From the NCBI GenBank assembly GCA_964372755.1, contig CAYJQX010000002.1, forward strand, positions 74,287 through 138,286: a stretch of 64,000 bases of DNA, in the 5' to 3' direction. The notes beneath the pieces are model-generated. The model did no database searches. It saw only the letters and a list, made by a program, of their open reading frames with translations, and was not told the origin of the DNA. This document shows, piece after piece, positions 46,917-58,119 of this stretch (positions are counted from its first letter, which is position 1; every line of letters starts with the position of its first letter). Source of the stretch: an uncultured Candidatus Saccharibacteria bacterium (lineage in GTDB: Bacteria; Patescibacteriota; Minisyncoccia; UBA9983). The translations under genes and the position numbers were made by a program.

Positions 46917-49900
46917 TTATTTTTCTTCTACCACCTCCTCTCTTGTTACGGCTGATTTTTTAAATCCCGTTCCCGCTGGAATAAGGCGTCCAATGATAAC
47001 ATTTTCCCTAATGCCACGAAGTTTGTCTTCCCCGCCGGATAAAGCAGTACGAATAAGTATTCTTGTCGTGTCTTGGAAAGAAGCCGCGGAGAGAAAACTT
47101 GAGGTATACAACGAAACTTTACTGATCGGCAAAACAAGTTGAATGGCCTTAGCTTCAGTTTTACCATTTTCTCTAGCTTCTTCGTTTTCTTCACGCAACT
47201 CCATTTCATCCGCAATATCGCCTTTATTGAATTTTGTTTCTCCTTCTTCCCTGATACGGAAACGGGAAAACATCTTTCGAATAATAACCTCCAAGTGTTT
47301 TTCATTGATGGTGGCTCCCTGCATGGAATAAACTTTACCGATTTCGTTTAAAATGTAATCTTCTGCTTTTTCTTTTCCCGCAATAGCGAAGTAATTTTTT
47401 ATTTCCACGGAACCGTCTGTAAGAAGGTCGCCTTTTTTGATTAAATCACCTTTTTTGACAACAATAGTGCGTCCGTAAGCGATAGCATATTCTTCTGTTT
47501 CCTTTTTTTCTTTTGTTGGATCATTCAAGAGGATAGTGATTTTTCTGTTTTCACGGTCTTTGTCGTCCACTTCCAAAATTGTTCCGTCGTGTTCGCATAT
47601 AACTGCCGGATTTTTTATATTCCTCAATTCAAAAATTTCTTCCACGCGAGGAAGACCCATTGTAATATCACCGCCACCGGCAATACCGCCCGTGTGGAAG
47701 GTACGCAAAGTAAGCTGAGTACCCGGCTCACCAATAGCTTGAGCCGCCACCACTCCGACAGCAGCGCCAATTTTAACTTTTTTCTTATATGCCATGTCGT
47801 AGCCATAGCATTTTATACAAACTCCTCTTAGAGATTTGCAGGAGATCGGAGAAAAAATGCTGATAAACTTAAGGGATTTATCCGCTTCTATTTCTTTTGC
47901 GTCATAAATGGTAAGAAGGTGGCCTTTTTTGAATTTTAAAATATCCTCCGCCAGCACTCTCCCTTCAAGTCGGGTAGAAAGTTTTTTGCCATACATTTCC
48001 ACCTGTTCTCTCTGAATTACAATGCCTTTCTTTTCGAGACAATCTTCTTCAACCACAATAACGTCATCGGCCACATTGACCAATCGGCGGGTAAGATAAC
48101 CCGCTTTAGCTGTCTTCAAAGCTGTGTCCGCTTCACCTTTTCTCGCGCCGTGAGTGGTAATAAAGTATTCAAGCACGCTTAAGCCTTCTTTATAAGAAGA
48201 GAGGACGGGAAAATCTATAATGCGTCCGGAAGGGTTGACCATAAGACCTTTCATGCCAGCCATCTGGCCGACCTGCGCCCAAGTACCGCGCGCGCCGGAG
48301 GAAACCATCTCGCTTACAGACCCCATCGAATCAAGCGCTTTCGGCACCAGAGCTTCTATTTTATTTTTCGCCTCTTGCCATATTTCAATAAACTTGCTGT
48401 ATCTTTCATGGCGCGTGATAAGACCTTCGTCAAAATTGTTTTCCAACTTCTCCATTTCTTTTTGGGCGCTCGCGATAATTTCCGGTTTTTCAACAGGCAA
48501 TTGAAGATCGTCCATACCCCAGGTGATGGCTGATCTTGTCGCATAGCGAAAACCAAATTCCTTAATTTTATCCAAAAAAGGAGGAATTATTTTTGCGTCA
48601 TAACTCTCTATCATCAAAGAAACAATGTTTTCTAGGGCTTTTTTATTTAATTCTTCATTGATATAGGAAAAATCATCGGGAAAAACGGTGTTAAAAAGCA
48701 AACGGCCCACAGTTGTTTCAATGATATCTCCTTCAATTTTTTTGTATTTATCGGTCTTTGGTTTTAAGACTTTGATTTTTGCCCGAATATCCACCTCTCT
48801 AAAGTCGTACCCCAAAATAGCTTCGTTGGGAGAAGAAAAATATCTACCCTCACCCTTGGCTCCGGGTTTTTCTTTCATCATCCAAAAACAGCCTACGATA
48901 ATTTCACGAGAAGGATTCACGATCGGATCACCGCTACCTGGGCGCAAAAGGTTGTTTGAAGAAGCAATAATTTCTTTGGCTTCTTTCTGCGCTTCTTCGG
49001 AAAGCGGAAGATGTATGGCCATCTGGTCCCCGTCAAAGTCCGCGTTAAAAGCGGTACAAACAAGCGGATGAAGCTGAATAGCGTTGCCTTCAATAAGAAG
49101 AGGCTGGAAAGCCTGAATACCCATTCTATGCAAAGTAGGCGCTCTGTTTAGAAGAACAAATTTGTTTTTTATCACTTCCTCCAAAATAGCCCAGACTTCC
49201 GGTATTCCTTCTTCCATAAGACGCGTGGCTCCGCGAATATTATAGGCCAATTCATTTTTTAAAAGTTTTGAAATAACAAAAGGTTTAAAAAGTTCTAGAG
49301 CCATATGCTTAGGCAAACCGCACTGATTCATCTTGAGTTCGGGTCCAACAACGATAACCGAGCGGCCAGAATAATCAACACGCTTTCCAAGCAAGTTCTG
49401 GCGAAAACGCCCGTGCTTGCCTTTTAACATATCCGCAAGCGATTTAAGCGGTCTTCTTTGCGCTTGGCTGGTAGCCACATTTTGGCCGTGCCTGATGGAA
49501 TTATCGATAAGCGCGTCCACCGCTTCTTGCAAAATACGCTTCTCGTTCCTGCAAATGACTTCCGGCGCGCGGATCTCCACTAATTTTTTCAAGCGGTTGT
49601 TTCTGTTGATAACTCTTCTGTATAAATCATTCACATCGGAAGTAGCGTGCCTTCCTCCTTCCAAAGCCACCATCGGACGCAAAGCCGGCGGGATAACGGG
49701 AATAACACTCATAAACATCCACTCCGGTCTGACGAGAGAAGTGCGCATCGCCCGCAAAAGATTCATTCTCTTTAGAGCCTTAGGTTTTTCCGCCGTGCTG
49801 GCTGTCTCGTATAAGCCTTTTACCTCCTCATACATTTTTTCGAGGTTTAAATTTTTGAAAATTTGAAACAACGCCTCGGCGCCAATACCCACCTCAAAAA

Positions 49901-50540
49901 TATCCGCGTATTTAAGACTCAAGTGGTAATAGTCGGCTTCGTTTAGGACTTTATAAAGACGAATGTCTTCAAGTTCGTTTTTGGTTCTCACATAAGAAGC
50001 CTTAAGCTCATCTTTGGCTTCTTTGGTTTCCATCATTTTTATTTTCGTCTTGTATTCCGTTTCAAGATTTTTGAGATACTCGGCTCTTGGCTCTTCGCTT
50101 ACTTTGGTGATGATATAGCCGGTAAAATAAACCACGCGTTCAACATCGGCCATGGTTAAGTCCAACATCAAGCCGATTCTGCTTGGAATTCCCCGCACAA
50201 ACCAGATATGCGCCACCGGAGTAGCTAAGGCGATATGCCCCATTCGCTCTCTTCGCACAATTGATCGAGTTACTTCCACGCCACACTTTTCACAAATGAT
50301 TCCCCGATAACGGATTTTTCTATACTTTCCGCAATAACATTCATAATCTTTTTCCGGACCAAAAATGCGTTCGTCAAACAAACCGTTTCTTTCGGCCCTT
50401 TGCGTGCGATAATTTATAGTTTCCGGCTTGGTGACTTCGCCATGAGACCAACCTAAAATCCTCTCCGGTGAGGCCAATTTTAAAAGTATGGATTTAAAAT
50501 CCGTTACTTTCGTATCCATTGTTGCTTGTTCTTTGCTCAT
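46917..50540 (-). CDS. rpoC: DNA-directed RNA polymerase subunit beta'
   Basis: NADFDGDQM catalytic motif and zinc-binding Cys clusters. 1207 aa. Confidence 0.9.
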   Translation of the reverse strand: MSKEQATMDTKVTDFKSILLKLASPERILGWSHGEVTKPETINYRTQRAERNGLFDERIFGPEKDYECYCGKYRKIRYRGIICEKCGVEVTRSIVRRERMGHIALATPVAHIWFVRGIPSRIGLMLDLTMADVERVVYFTGYIITKVSEEPRAEYLKNLETEYKTKIKMMETKEAKDELKASYVRTKNELEDIRLYKVLNEADYYHLSLKYADIFEVGIGAEALFQIFKNLNLEKMYEEVKGLYETASTAEKPKALKRMNLLRAMRTSLVRPEWMFMSVIPVIPPALRPMVALEGGRHATSDVNDLYRRVINRNNRLKKLVEIRAPEVICRNEKRILQEAVDALIDNSIRHGQNVATSQAQRRPLKSLADMLKGKHGRFRQNLLGKRVDYSGRSVIVVGPELKMNQCGLPKHMALELFKPFVISKLLKNELAYNIRGATRLMEEGIPEVWAILEEVIKNKFVLLNRAPTLHRMGIQAFQPLLIEGNAIQLHPLVCTAFNADFDGDQMAIHLPLSEEAQKEAKEIIASSNNLLRPGSGDPIVNPSREIIVGCFWMMKEKPGAKGEGRYFSSPNEAILGYDFREVDIRAKIKVLKPKTDKYKKIEGDIIETTVGRLLFNTVFPDDFSYINEELNKKALENIVSLMIESYDAKIIPPFLDKIKEFGFRYATRSAITWGMDDLQLPVEKPEIIASAQKEMEKLENNFDEGLITRHERYSKFIEIWQEAKNKIEALVPKALDSMGSVSEMVSSGARGTWAQVGQMAGMKGLMVNPSGRIIDFPVLSSYKEGLSVLEYFITTHGARKGEADTALKTAKAGYLTRRLVNVADDVIVVEEDCLEKKGIVIQREQVEMYGKKLSTRLEGRVLAEDILKFKKGHLLTIYDAKEIEADKSLKFISIFSPISCKSLRGVCIKCYGYDMAYKKKVKIGAAVGVVAAQAIGEPGTQLTLRTFHTGGIAGGGDITMGLPRVEEIFELRNIKNPAVICEHDGTILEVDDKDRENRKITILLNDPTKEKKETEEYAIAYGRTIVVKKGDLIKKGDLLTDGSVEIKNYFAIAGKEKAEDYILNEIGKVYSMQGATINEKHLEVIIRKMFSRFRIREEGETKFNKGDIADEMELREENEEARENGKTEAKAIQLVLPISKVSLYTSSFLSAASFQDTTRILIRTALSGGEDKLRGIRENVIIGRLIPAGTGFKKSAVTREEVVEEK

Positions 50541-50573
50541 ATGATTGTTTCTTTTTAGATTTTAGGGAAAATT

Positions 50574-53500
50574 TTAACGTCTTCTGTCATTAAAATTATC
50601 TCTCTCTTCGGGCGACCTTTCTATAAGATCTTTAAGCTCCACATCCAAGCCAATACCTTTCATTTCGTTTAATAGCACCTGAAAAACCGCCGGCAAATTT
50701 GGACTTTTGAAATTTTCTCCGCGGATAATAGAGTCATAAGCGGCTACGCGTCCCGTAATATCATCGGATTTGATTGTAAGCATTTCTTGCAAAATGTGCG
50801 CCGCGCCATAGCCTTCAAGAGCCCACACTTCCATCTCTCCAAAACGCTGGCCGCCTTCCTGAGCTTTTCCGCCCAACGGCTGTTGGGTAATCAAAGAATA
50901 CGGGCCGATGGATCGCATATGAATCTTGTCTTCCACCATATGATCCAATTTCATCATATACATCACACCTACGGTAACAGGCTGTTCAAAAGCTTCGCCT
51001 GTGAGACCGTCATAAATTTTTCTCTTACCGGATTCTGGCAATCCGGCTTCTTTAAGTTCTGCTTTAATTTCCTCTTCCGTCACCCCGGATAAGACCGGCG
51101 TGATTGCTTGGTAATTTAGAGTTTGGGCGGCGATACCGAGATGAGTCTCTAAAATTTGACCAATGTTCATGCGAGAAGCCACACCAAGAGGATTTAAAAT
51201 AACATCAACAGGCGTTCCATCTTCCAAATAAGGCATATCCTGTTCTGGCACAATTCTTGAAATAACACCTTTGTTGCCATGACGTCCGGAAAGTTTATCT
51301 CCCACGGAAACATCCCTAATTTGGGCAATTTCTACTTGAATTTGTTTCAAAATACCCGGCTCTAATTTGTCTCCTCTTTCTTCGGAGAAAACTTTCACCC
51401 CTACCACGCGTCCGCGTTTACCATGATCCAAGCGAAGAGAAGTATCTTTCACGTCCAGAGCTTTTTCACCGAAGATGGATCGCAGAAGACGCTCCTCCGG
51501 CGTTAACTCCACTTCTCCTTTAGGAGAAATTTTTCCCACAAGAATATCGCCTTCCTCCACATAAGCGCCAATACGGACAATGCCTTCTTCATCCAAGTCT
51601 TTCAGTTTTTCCTCACCAACGTTTGGAATGTCGTAAGTGTTGATTTCCGGCCCGAGTTTTGTGTCACGGACATTGACCGTGAATTCTTCAATGCGCACGG
51701 AACTAAACTTGCTTTTCTTCAGAAGCCTTTCGGAAATAATAATAGCGTCTTCAAAATTGTATCCGCGCCACGCCATAAAAGCCACCAAAACATTCTGCCC
51801 CAGAGCCATCTGACCTTCTTCGGAAGAATAATTATCGCTTAAAGCTTGTCCTTTTTTTACTTTTTGACCAATGGAAACAGAAGGCCGCTGATGCATCACT
51901 GTAAAAGCGTTGGTGCGCATAAAATTTATAAGATTATAAGTGTGAGTTTTGCCAGACTCACCTTTTACCACAACCTTAGTGCCGTCTAAACCGACAACCT
52001 CTCCGTCTTCTTCACAAATGGTAAGCCGGCCGGTGTCTCGCGCCGCTTTTCCTTCTATCCCAGTTGCGACAATAGGCGCTTCAGGAGAAATACAAGGCAC
52101 GGCTTGTTTCTGCATGTTCGAACCCATCAACGCTCTCGTAGCGTCATCGTGTTCCAGAAAAGGAATCATGCTCGTTGCCACACTAAAAGCCTGATTGGTA
52201 GAAACATCCATGTAGTCAATCTTTTCTCTTTCCATAAGACCCGGTTTGGACTGCACCCTCGCTTCCACTTTCAGATCCAGAATTTCTTTGGTTTTCGGAT
52301 CGACATTTATACCCGCATGGGCAATATTATGTTTACCCTCATCAAGAGCGTTAAGATAAACTATTTCATCCGTAACAATTTTATTCTTCACTTTGCGATA
52401 AGGAGTTTCCAAAATGCCATATTTATTTAAGCGGGCATAATTGGAAAAATGAATAACCAAACCGATGTTCGGACCTTCCGGTGTTTCAATCGGACAAATA
52501 CGCCCATAATGAGAAACGTGCACATCGCGCACTTCAAAACCAGCGCGACCGCGAGATAAACCGCCGGGACCAAGCGCGGATAATCTTCGCAAATGCTCGA
52601 GTTCGTCCAGAATATTTTTTTGACTCATAAATTGCGAGAGCTGGTTGGTGGCAAAAAATTCTTTAACCACAGCGGAAAAAGGCCTGTTGTTTACAAGTTG
52701 AGTCGGAGAAAGGGTTTCTGGCTCCAAAGTAGACATTCTGTCTTGAATGTTTTTCTTCATGCGCACCATACCCACGCGAAGCCTTTGTTGAAGAAGCTCG
52801 CCTACGCCTCTCACGCGCCTTGAACCAAGATGATCAATATCGTCGGGCTCTGAGGCGGAATTATTATTCAAACTTATTATCTCTGAAATAGTGGCAATCA
52901 AATCTTCCAAAGTAATAACTCGAGAAGCCTCTTCTATCTTATTTAAAGGAAAACCCAGACGATGATTAACTCTATAACGGCCAGCTTCAGAAAAATCGTA
53001 ATGACTGAAGCTGAACATGTCGTCTAGATAACTTTTTGCGTTTTCATAAGTCGCCATTTCCCCCGGACGAATACGGCGATATATTTCAATATAAGATTCT
53101 TCAGTCCCTTTGGCTAAATCTTTTTCAAGCGTTTTAGAAATAAATTCTACCTCTCCTTTATCTACTTTAGAAAAAAGAGATTTCATTTTATCAGCGCTCT
53201 CTACTCCAAACATCCGCAGAAGCGAAGTAACGGCTATTTTTCTTTTTCTGTCGATTCTCGCATAAATGGCTCCGTCCGGATTTGTTTCAAATTCTATCCA
53301 AGCTCCACGGGCAGGAATAATTTTCGCGCCAAAATATTTTCGTCCATTAGTGATAGTTGCCGTAAAATAAACGCCATAAGAACGCGCCAACTGAGGAACA
53401 ATCACTCTTTCAATGCCGTTTATGACAAAAGATCCGTGTGATGTCATGACAGGAAAATCAGCCAGAAAAACCTCCTGTTCTTTACCATGCTTGATACTTT

Positions 53501-53780
53501 TATTTGTCAGACGCACTCTTATTTTAAGAGGAGCTTCATAAGAAAGATTATTTTTCTTGGCGTAATATTCGTCAAACTTAGCCTCGCCCACGGAATAATC
53601 TAGAAATTCCAAAGTGAATTCTTTTCCCGCATAATCTTCAATTGGAGAAAATTCTTTAAACAATTCTCCCAATCCTTCCTTTATAAGCCACTTATAAGAA
53701 TCCAGTTGGGTTTCTGTAAGGTTAGGGTAAGGGATACCCGGCTCTTTGTATCGAGAAAATGTTTTTTGTCGCATACACAA
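50574..53780 (-). CDS. rpoB: DNA-directed RNA polymerase subunit beta
   Basis: Conserved beta-subunit blocks throughout. 1068 aa (compact). Confidence 0.9.
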   Translation of the reverse strand: MCMRQKTFSRYKEPGIPYPNLTETQLDSYKWLIKEGLGELFKEFSPIEDYAGKEFTLEFLDYSVGEAKFDEYYAKKNNLSYEAPLKIRVRLTNKSIKHGKEQEVFLADFPVMTSHGSFVINGIERVIVPQLARSYGVYFTATITNGRKYFGAKIIPARGAWIEFETNPDGAIYARIDRKRKIAVTSLLRMFGVESADKMKSLFSKVDKGEVEFISKTLEKDLAKGTEESYIEIYRRIRPGEMATYENAKSYLDDMFSFSHYDFSEAGRYRVNHRLGFPLNKIEEASRVITLEDLIATISEIISLNNNSASEPDDIDHLGSRRVRGVGELLQQRLRVGMVRMKKNIQDRMSTLEPETLSPTQLVNNRPFSAVVKEFFATNQLSQFMSQKNILDELEHLRRLSALGPGGLSRGRAGFEVRDVHVSHYGRICPIETPEGPNIGLVIHFSNYARLNKYGILETPYRKVKNKIVTDEIVYLNALDEGKHNIAHAGINVDPKTKEILDLKVEARVQSKPGLMEREKIDYMDVSTNQAFSVATSMIPFLEHDDATRALMGSNMQKQAVPCISPEAPIVATGIEGKAARDTGRLTICEEDGEVVGLDGTKVVVKGESGKTHTYNLINFMRTNAFTVMHQRPSVSIGQKVKKGQALSDNYSSEEGQMALGQNVLVAFMAWRGYNFEDAIIISERLLKKSKFSSVRIEEFTVNVRDTKLGPEINTYDIPNVGEEKLKDLDEEGIVRIGAYVEEGDILVGKISPKGEVELTPEERLLRSIFGEKALDVKDTSLRLDHGKRGRVVGVKVFSEERGDKLEPGILKQIQVEIAQIRDVSVGDKLSGRHGNKGVISRIVPEQDMPYLEDGTPVDVILNPLGVASRMNIGQILETHLGIAAQTLNYQAITPVLSGVTEEEIKAELKEAGLPESGKRKIYDGLTGEAFEQPVTVGVMYMMKLDHMVEDKIHMRSIGPYSLITQQPLGGKAQEGGQRFGEMEVWALEGYGAAHILQEMLTIKSDDITGRVAAYDSIIRGENFKSPNLPAVFQVLLNEMKGIGLDVELKDLIERSPEERDNFNDRRR

Positions 53781-54146
53781 ATTTTATCCCCTGCGTCTCA
53801 AGAACAAGACCAGAGGCATATTTATTTTTTATAATGGATTATTTTTTAGACGATTGAGGCAAAATTTTTTTCTTTTATACTCCAGTGCAATTTCTATATT
53901 TTAGAGGCCACAGAAATGTTACCAGAATACGTCCGGCCGAGTTTTTAATATGTAAACAAGACAAATGGGTGGCCGGGCTTTAAAACCAATAAAAGTCCCT
54001 TTTTCTGCCGAAACTCAATCATTCAGGTACGCCCCGCATTATACACGGATATTTTTTGCTGTCAAATGTCAATATATAGGATGTGGATAAGCCATATTAG
54101 CTTTGGTGTTTTGAAAACCTCTGCGAGCTCGGCTGGAGCGAGCACG

Positions 54147-54180
54147 AGGAATTTATAAGCCAGAAAAATATCCGCGTTTT
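54147..54180 (-). promoter_or_regulatory. repeated upstream element, copy A (about 370 nt upstream of rpoB)
   Basis: aggaatttataagccagaaaaatatccgcgtttt, about 30 of 34 identical to copy B. The minus strand contains TATAAAT. Confidence 0.3.
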
Positions 54181-54283
54181 TAAAACATTGAAACTAAAAC
54201 TAAGGAAACAGTGGGTTAAACCCCGATAAATTTGTACTTGCTTGGAGTGCCCGTTTATATATTACTCTCGCTAAGTATAAAAG

Positions 54284-55351
54284 TTATTTAAACAACTTGC
54301 CTGCCTCTTCCCAAAAATCAGATCGGCCGTTTATTTTTTCGTAATACCACCATTCGGCTCCCCAAAGATATTGAGATTCAAAACCGGCTCTCTTGGCAAA
54401 AGCGATTATTTCCCGAAATCTTTCCATATTCATCACTTTTCTTGTTTCGGAAAAATTTGTTTCAACAATAGGTTTCAAAAGCCAAGGTTCGGCCGAAAGC
54501 TCGATAAGAATCTTCGGTTTATTGTCATAAAAAATATCCATCAAGTTTTGTTTAATTTTGAAAAAGGAAGGAGGGACAGGATACCGAATCGGCCCAAGAT
54601 AATGGCTCCAAACATAGAGATACATAGAGGTTCCAAAAGCATCTCCTAATTTATAAGGTTTATACCATCTACCAAACTCTCCGCTGTCTGTAATAAGAAT
54701 CGGATGATTTGGGTCTGTTTTGCGGACTAAATCAATTTCCCTCTTTATATAATCCTCTTTCGTGAGAGGTTTATCTATATCCTTCTCGCAATGGTATTTT
54801 CCAAAAAATCCCAAGAAAAATTCGTTTTCTACTTGCCAGTACTCTAGATTGGAATAATTTTTATACCTGTTTACCACTGCTTCCACGTATCGAAAAATTC
54901 TTTTTTCTTTTTCCTCCGCTGTCAGCCCTCTGGCCCACTCCGGTTCATGGCATTCCGGCCAACTCGGCAGTCTTCTCCCTACTGCCAAAATAACTTCGGC
55001 ATTTTTTTCTCTCGCCTTATTCATTTGATAATCCAATTCCGCAAAAGAAAATACCCCGTCTTTGGGTTCTATCATCGGCCAATGAGCCACCAGACGAAAC
55101 TTTCTCACGCCTAATTCATTTAAAATAGCGTCGTAAGTTTTTTTCCAATCCAAGTTTAATTCTTCCGCCCTAAATTTAGAAAAAGACACCCCATAACTAA
55201 ATGTTTCTGGGTTTTTCCTTATTGAGAGGAATACAACCAACAAAACAAAAAGGCCTATTGCATAAACGATTTTCCTCTTCAAACCTTTTTTCTTTCTTTG
55301 TTTTTTAATATCCGCCATTTTGTTGAAAAAGGAGAAGGAAACCAAAAACAA
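54284..55351 (-). CDS. glycoside hydrolase, clan GH-A (GH5/cellulase-like) TIM-barrel protein, membrane-anchored
   Basis: VRKFRLVAHWPMIEPKDGVFSF... and WQVENEF (an NE(P)-type acid/base motif). Confidence 0.4.
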   Translation of the reverse strand: MFLVSFSFFNKMADIKKQRKKKGLKRKIVYAIGLFVLLVVFLSIRKNPETFSYGVSFSKFRAEELNLDWKKTYDAILNELGVRKFRLVAHWPMIEPKDGVFSFAELDYQMNKAREKNAEVILAVGRRLPSWPECHEPEWARGLTAEEKEKRIFRYVEAVVNRYKNYSNLEYWQVENEFFLGFFGKYHCEKDIDKPLTKEDYIKREIDLVRKTDPNHPILITDSGEFGRWYKPYKLGDAFGTSMYLYVWSHYLGPIRYPVPPSFFKIKQNLMDIFYDNKPKILIELSAEPWLLKPIVETNFSETRKVMNMERFREIIAFAKRAGFESQYLWGAEWWYYEKINGRSDFWEEAGKLFK

Positions 55352-56237
55352 TAAAAATTGTAGCTATTATTTTATAGAAAAAAAAGTTTCTCGGGTGGGT
55401 AACTCTCCCATCATAATCTCTTTTCTCATGGACTGTTTCAAAATATTCCGACATGTATTTTGGAAAAAAATGAGCTAAAGCCAACAAAAAAACAAATTGC
55501 ATGCCTCCTAAAGCGTTTACTATCGGCGCCGAAGATAATTTTATTGCGGTAAGAGAAAGAAAAGATGCGCCTCCTGCTATAATCTTGTTTAAAAATACCA
55601 AAGAGGTTGTGCCACGTTTTGTTGTTTTCAAGGCTTTGACAATAATTCTCCTATTTAGAGGAATAGCCAAGAGAAGGAGGGCGCCTAAGACATTGGCCAT
55701 TCGCGACCAAAAAAAAGCATTCGCAAAAGTTGTCATTTCAAAAAGCAGTTTAAGAAAAACTGAAGAATAGCCAAAAAATATTCCTGCTATCAGCACATAA
55801 ACAATGGATTTCTTACTGAATCTAAAATAAGACATCAAAGCTGTCCCAAAAACAAGAAGAAAGAAAGCCAACGGATTGAAATGGACAGAGATTGTATTTA
55901 ATAAAAATTTGCCAAAAAATAAAGCCGATAAAGCCGACATAGCGCCTAAAACGGGCGCAACATCGGAAGCATCGGAAATTTGCAGGGATTTATAAAAATA
56001 AATTATGGAAATCATGTATCCGAATCCCACAACCAACGATATCGCAAGAACGGTAAAAGAAGGCAAGGTCACCGAACCAAATGGAACCATCACTAAAACC
56101 ACTCCGGAGAGAATACCAATATAAAAAGCGTAAACTTCCGACCGACCGATAGCGCGAGGTCCAACCAAATATTTATCAAGCAAAACAACAAAGGCCCCAA
56201 GCAAGTTCGCGATTAAAACCAGATAGAGCCAAGTCAT
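55305..56237 (-). CDS. polytopic membrane protein (DMT/EamA-like transporter)
   Basis: About 10 predicted TM helices. It lies between two GH genes. Confidence 0.4.
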   Translation of the reverse strand: MTWLYLVLIANLLGAFVVLLDKYLVGPRAIGRSEVYAFYIGILSGVVLVMVPFGSVTLPSFTVLAISLVVGFGYMISIIYFYKSLQISDASDVAPVLGAMSALSALFFGKFLLNTISVHFNPLAFFLLVFGTALMSYFRFSKKSIVYVLIAGIFFGYSSVFLKLLFEMTTFANAFFWSRMANVLGALLLLAIPLNRRIIVKALKTTKRGTTSLVFLNKIIAGGASFLSLTAIKLSSAPIVNALGGMQFVFLLALAHFFPKYMSEYFETVHEKRDYDGRVTHPRNFFFYKIIATIFIVFGFLLLFQQNGGY

Positions 56238-57401
56238 CTATGATATTATAGCGTTTTCTTTAATAATTTTCGTGTAAAACTCTGAAGAGGGTCGCGGGAT
56301 TCTTTCCAACGTTTCGTAATTTACTTCGGCCAGTCCAAAACGAGGGCCAAAACCTTCCGCCCACTCATAATTGTCAATCAAAGACCAGTACAAATATCCT
56401 TTTATATCCACGCCTTTTTGAATCGCATTCCAAACAGCTTCCAAATGATTCTTTATAAAATCCGTTCTTAGCTTGTCCGAAGAATCGGCCAAGCCGTTTT
56501 CTGTCACATAAATCGGTTTCCCGTATTTGCTTGCTTCCAAAAGGACACTAACCAATCCGTCCGGCGTAATAGGCCAGCTCATATCCGTCCTCGCTCCCAC
56601 ATAGGCCAAACCAAAAATTTTTTGGAAATAGTAATTAATGCCAATAAAATCCAGCTCGTTTTGAGTGGCCTCCAGAAATTTTTTATTCCATATGGCTCGA
56701 GAAATTTTTGCCAAAAAAACATTCAACGGATTCCAGTTAGCCTTAAAATCCATATTATTTTTAGCTATTCCGATTTGGAGCCGAGAATGCACGGATTTCA
56801 TTTCTTTGTAGGCCAACCGGTGAGCCAAGATCAAATTATTTACTACGCGCCAAAATTTAAATGGATTCTTTTTAAAAGGAGGCCAGGTGCCTCTCAAATA
56901 CCCATTTGAAGAATAAACCATCGGCTCATTAATGGTAAGCCAGTAAAGAGCTTCTTCGCCAAGCTCTTCCACCACTTTTTTGGCGTAACGAGCAAAAATT
57001 TCTGGAGCCTCGGGGTTCAAAAACCCTCCCTTTTTGGAAAACCACAAAGGCAGAGTGAAATGCCAAATAGTGACAAATGGGCGAATGCTTCTCTCTCGCA
57101 AAGCCGTCAAAACCGCTCGGTAATGATGAAAGGCTTCTATGCTAAATTGTCCTTCTTCCGGTTCTATGCGCGACCACTCCAAAGAAAGGCGATGAGCGTT
57201 GTGCCCCATATTTTTAGCCAAGTCAAAATCTTTTTCATACAAACGATATTGGTCGGCTCCCTGACCCGCTTTCGGCACTCTGCCCTCGCGCGAGGCTTCC
57301 GCCCAATCGTTATTTTCTATTCCACCCTCCACCTGGAAAGAGGCGGTCGATGCCCCCCAGAGAAAACCATTTGGAAATTTTTTTATTTTATTTTCGTCCA
57401 T
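56238..57401 (-). CDS. GH1 family beta-glucosidase
   Basis: NGFLWGASTASFQVEG N-terminal signature and the YVTENG nucleophile motif. Confidence 0.8.
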   Translation of the reverse strand: MDENKIKKFPNGFLWGASTASFQVEGGIENNDWAEASREGRVPKAGQGADQYRLYEKDFDLAKNMGHNAHRLSLEWSRIEPEEGQFSIEAFHHYRAVLTALRERSIRPFVTIWHFTLPLWFSKKGGFLNPEAPEIFARYAKKVVEELGEEALYWLTINEPMVYSSNGYLRGTWPPFKKNPFKFWRVVNNLILAHRLAYKEMKSVHSRLQIGIAKNNMDFKANWNPLNVFLAKISRAIWNKKFLEATQNELDFIGINYYFQKIFGLAYVGARTDMSWPITPDGLVSVLLEASKYGKPIYVTENGLADSSDKLRTDFIKNHLEAVWNAIQKGVDIKGYLYWSLIDNYEWAEGFGPRFGLAEVNYETLERIPRPSSEFYTKIIKENAIIS

Positions 57402-58119
57402 TTTTTTCTCTCCACTCGTTAATTTTTTTATGGTCTCCGCTCATCAGAACTTTTGGCACGACATATTTTCTGTTGTTCCATTCAAAAACCTCCGGCCGAG
57501 TATATTGCGATATGCCGAATCCTCCCACTTGGCCTTGTTGGCTCCGCGGGACAAGTCCTTTATTGTTCTTGTATCTATTTTCTTCGATTGATTCTTCGTT
57601 ACCAAGCACCCCTTTGATGTGGCGAGAGACGGCATCTGTCATTACCACCGCCGGCAATTCCCCGCCGGTTAGGACATATGGTCCTATAGAGATTTCTTCC
57701 GCCTTTAAAATTTTTTTTACTCTCGCATCCACTCCCTCATATCTCCCGGCAATAAAAATAAAGTTGTCATATTTTTTCGCCCAATTTTTTGCCAACTCTT
57801 TTGTGAATTGTTTCCCTGTTGCAGAAGTTAGAACTATTTTGGTTTTTGCTTGCCCCGCGAAGCTCTTTGAGCGAAGTGGGGTTACATTTTTTAAAGCGGT
57901 TTCTACCGCTTTTAATATCGGTTCCGCCTTCATCACCATCCCCGGACCTCCTCCAAAAGGCTTGTCGTCTGTCACCCTGTGTTTATCTTCGGTAAAATTT
58001 CGTGGATTTAAAATATCAAAAGAAAGCAGACCTCCCTCCTCGGCTCTCTTTAAAATAGAAGACTTTAAATAACCTTCGATAGACTCTGGAAACAACGTGA
58101 TAATGGCAAATTTTTTCAT
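57388..58119 (-). CDS. trmD: tRNA (guanine37-N1)-methyltransferase
   Basis: Typical TrmD N-terminus FAIITLFPE, about 240 aa. Confidence 0.85.
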   Translation of the reverse strand: MKKFAIITLFPESIEGYLKSSILKRAEEGGLLSFDILNPRNFTEDKHRVTDDKPFGGGPGMVMKAEPILKAVETALKNVTPLRSKSFAGQAKTKIVLTSATGKQFTKELAKNWAKKYDNFIFIAGRYEGVDARVKKILKAEEISIGPYVLTGGELPAVVMTDAVSRHIKGVLGNEESIEENRYKNNKGLVPRSQQGQVGGFGISQYTRPEVFEWNNRKYVVPKVLMSGDHKKINEWREKNGRK

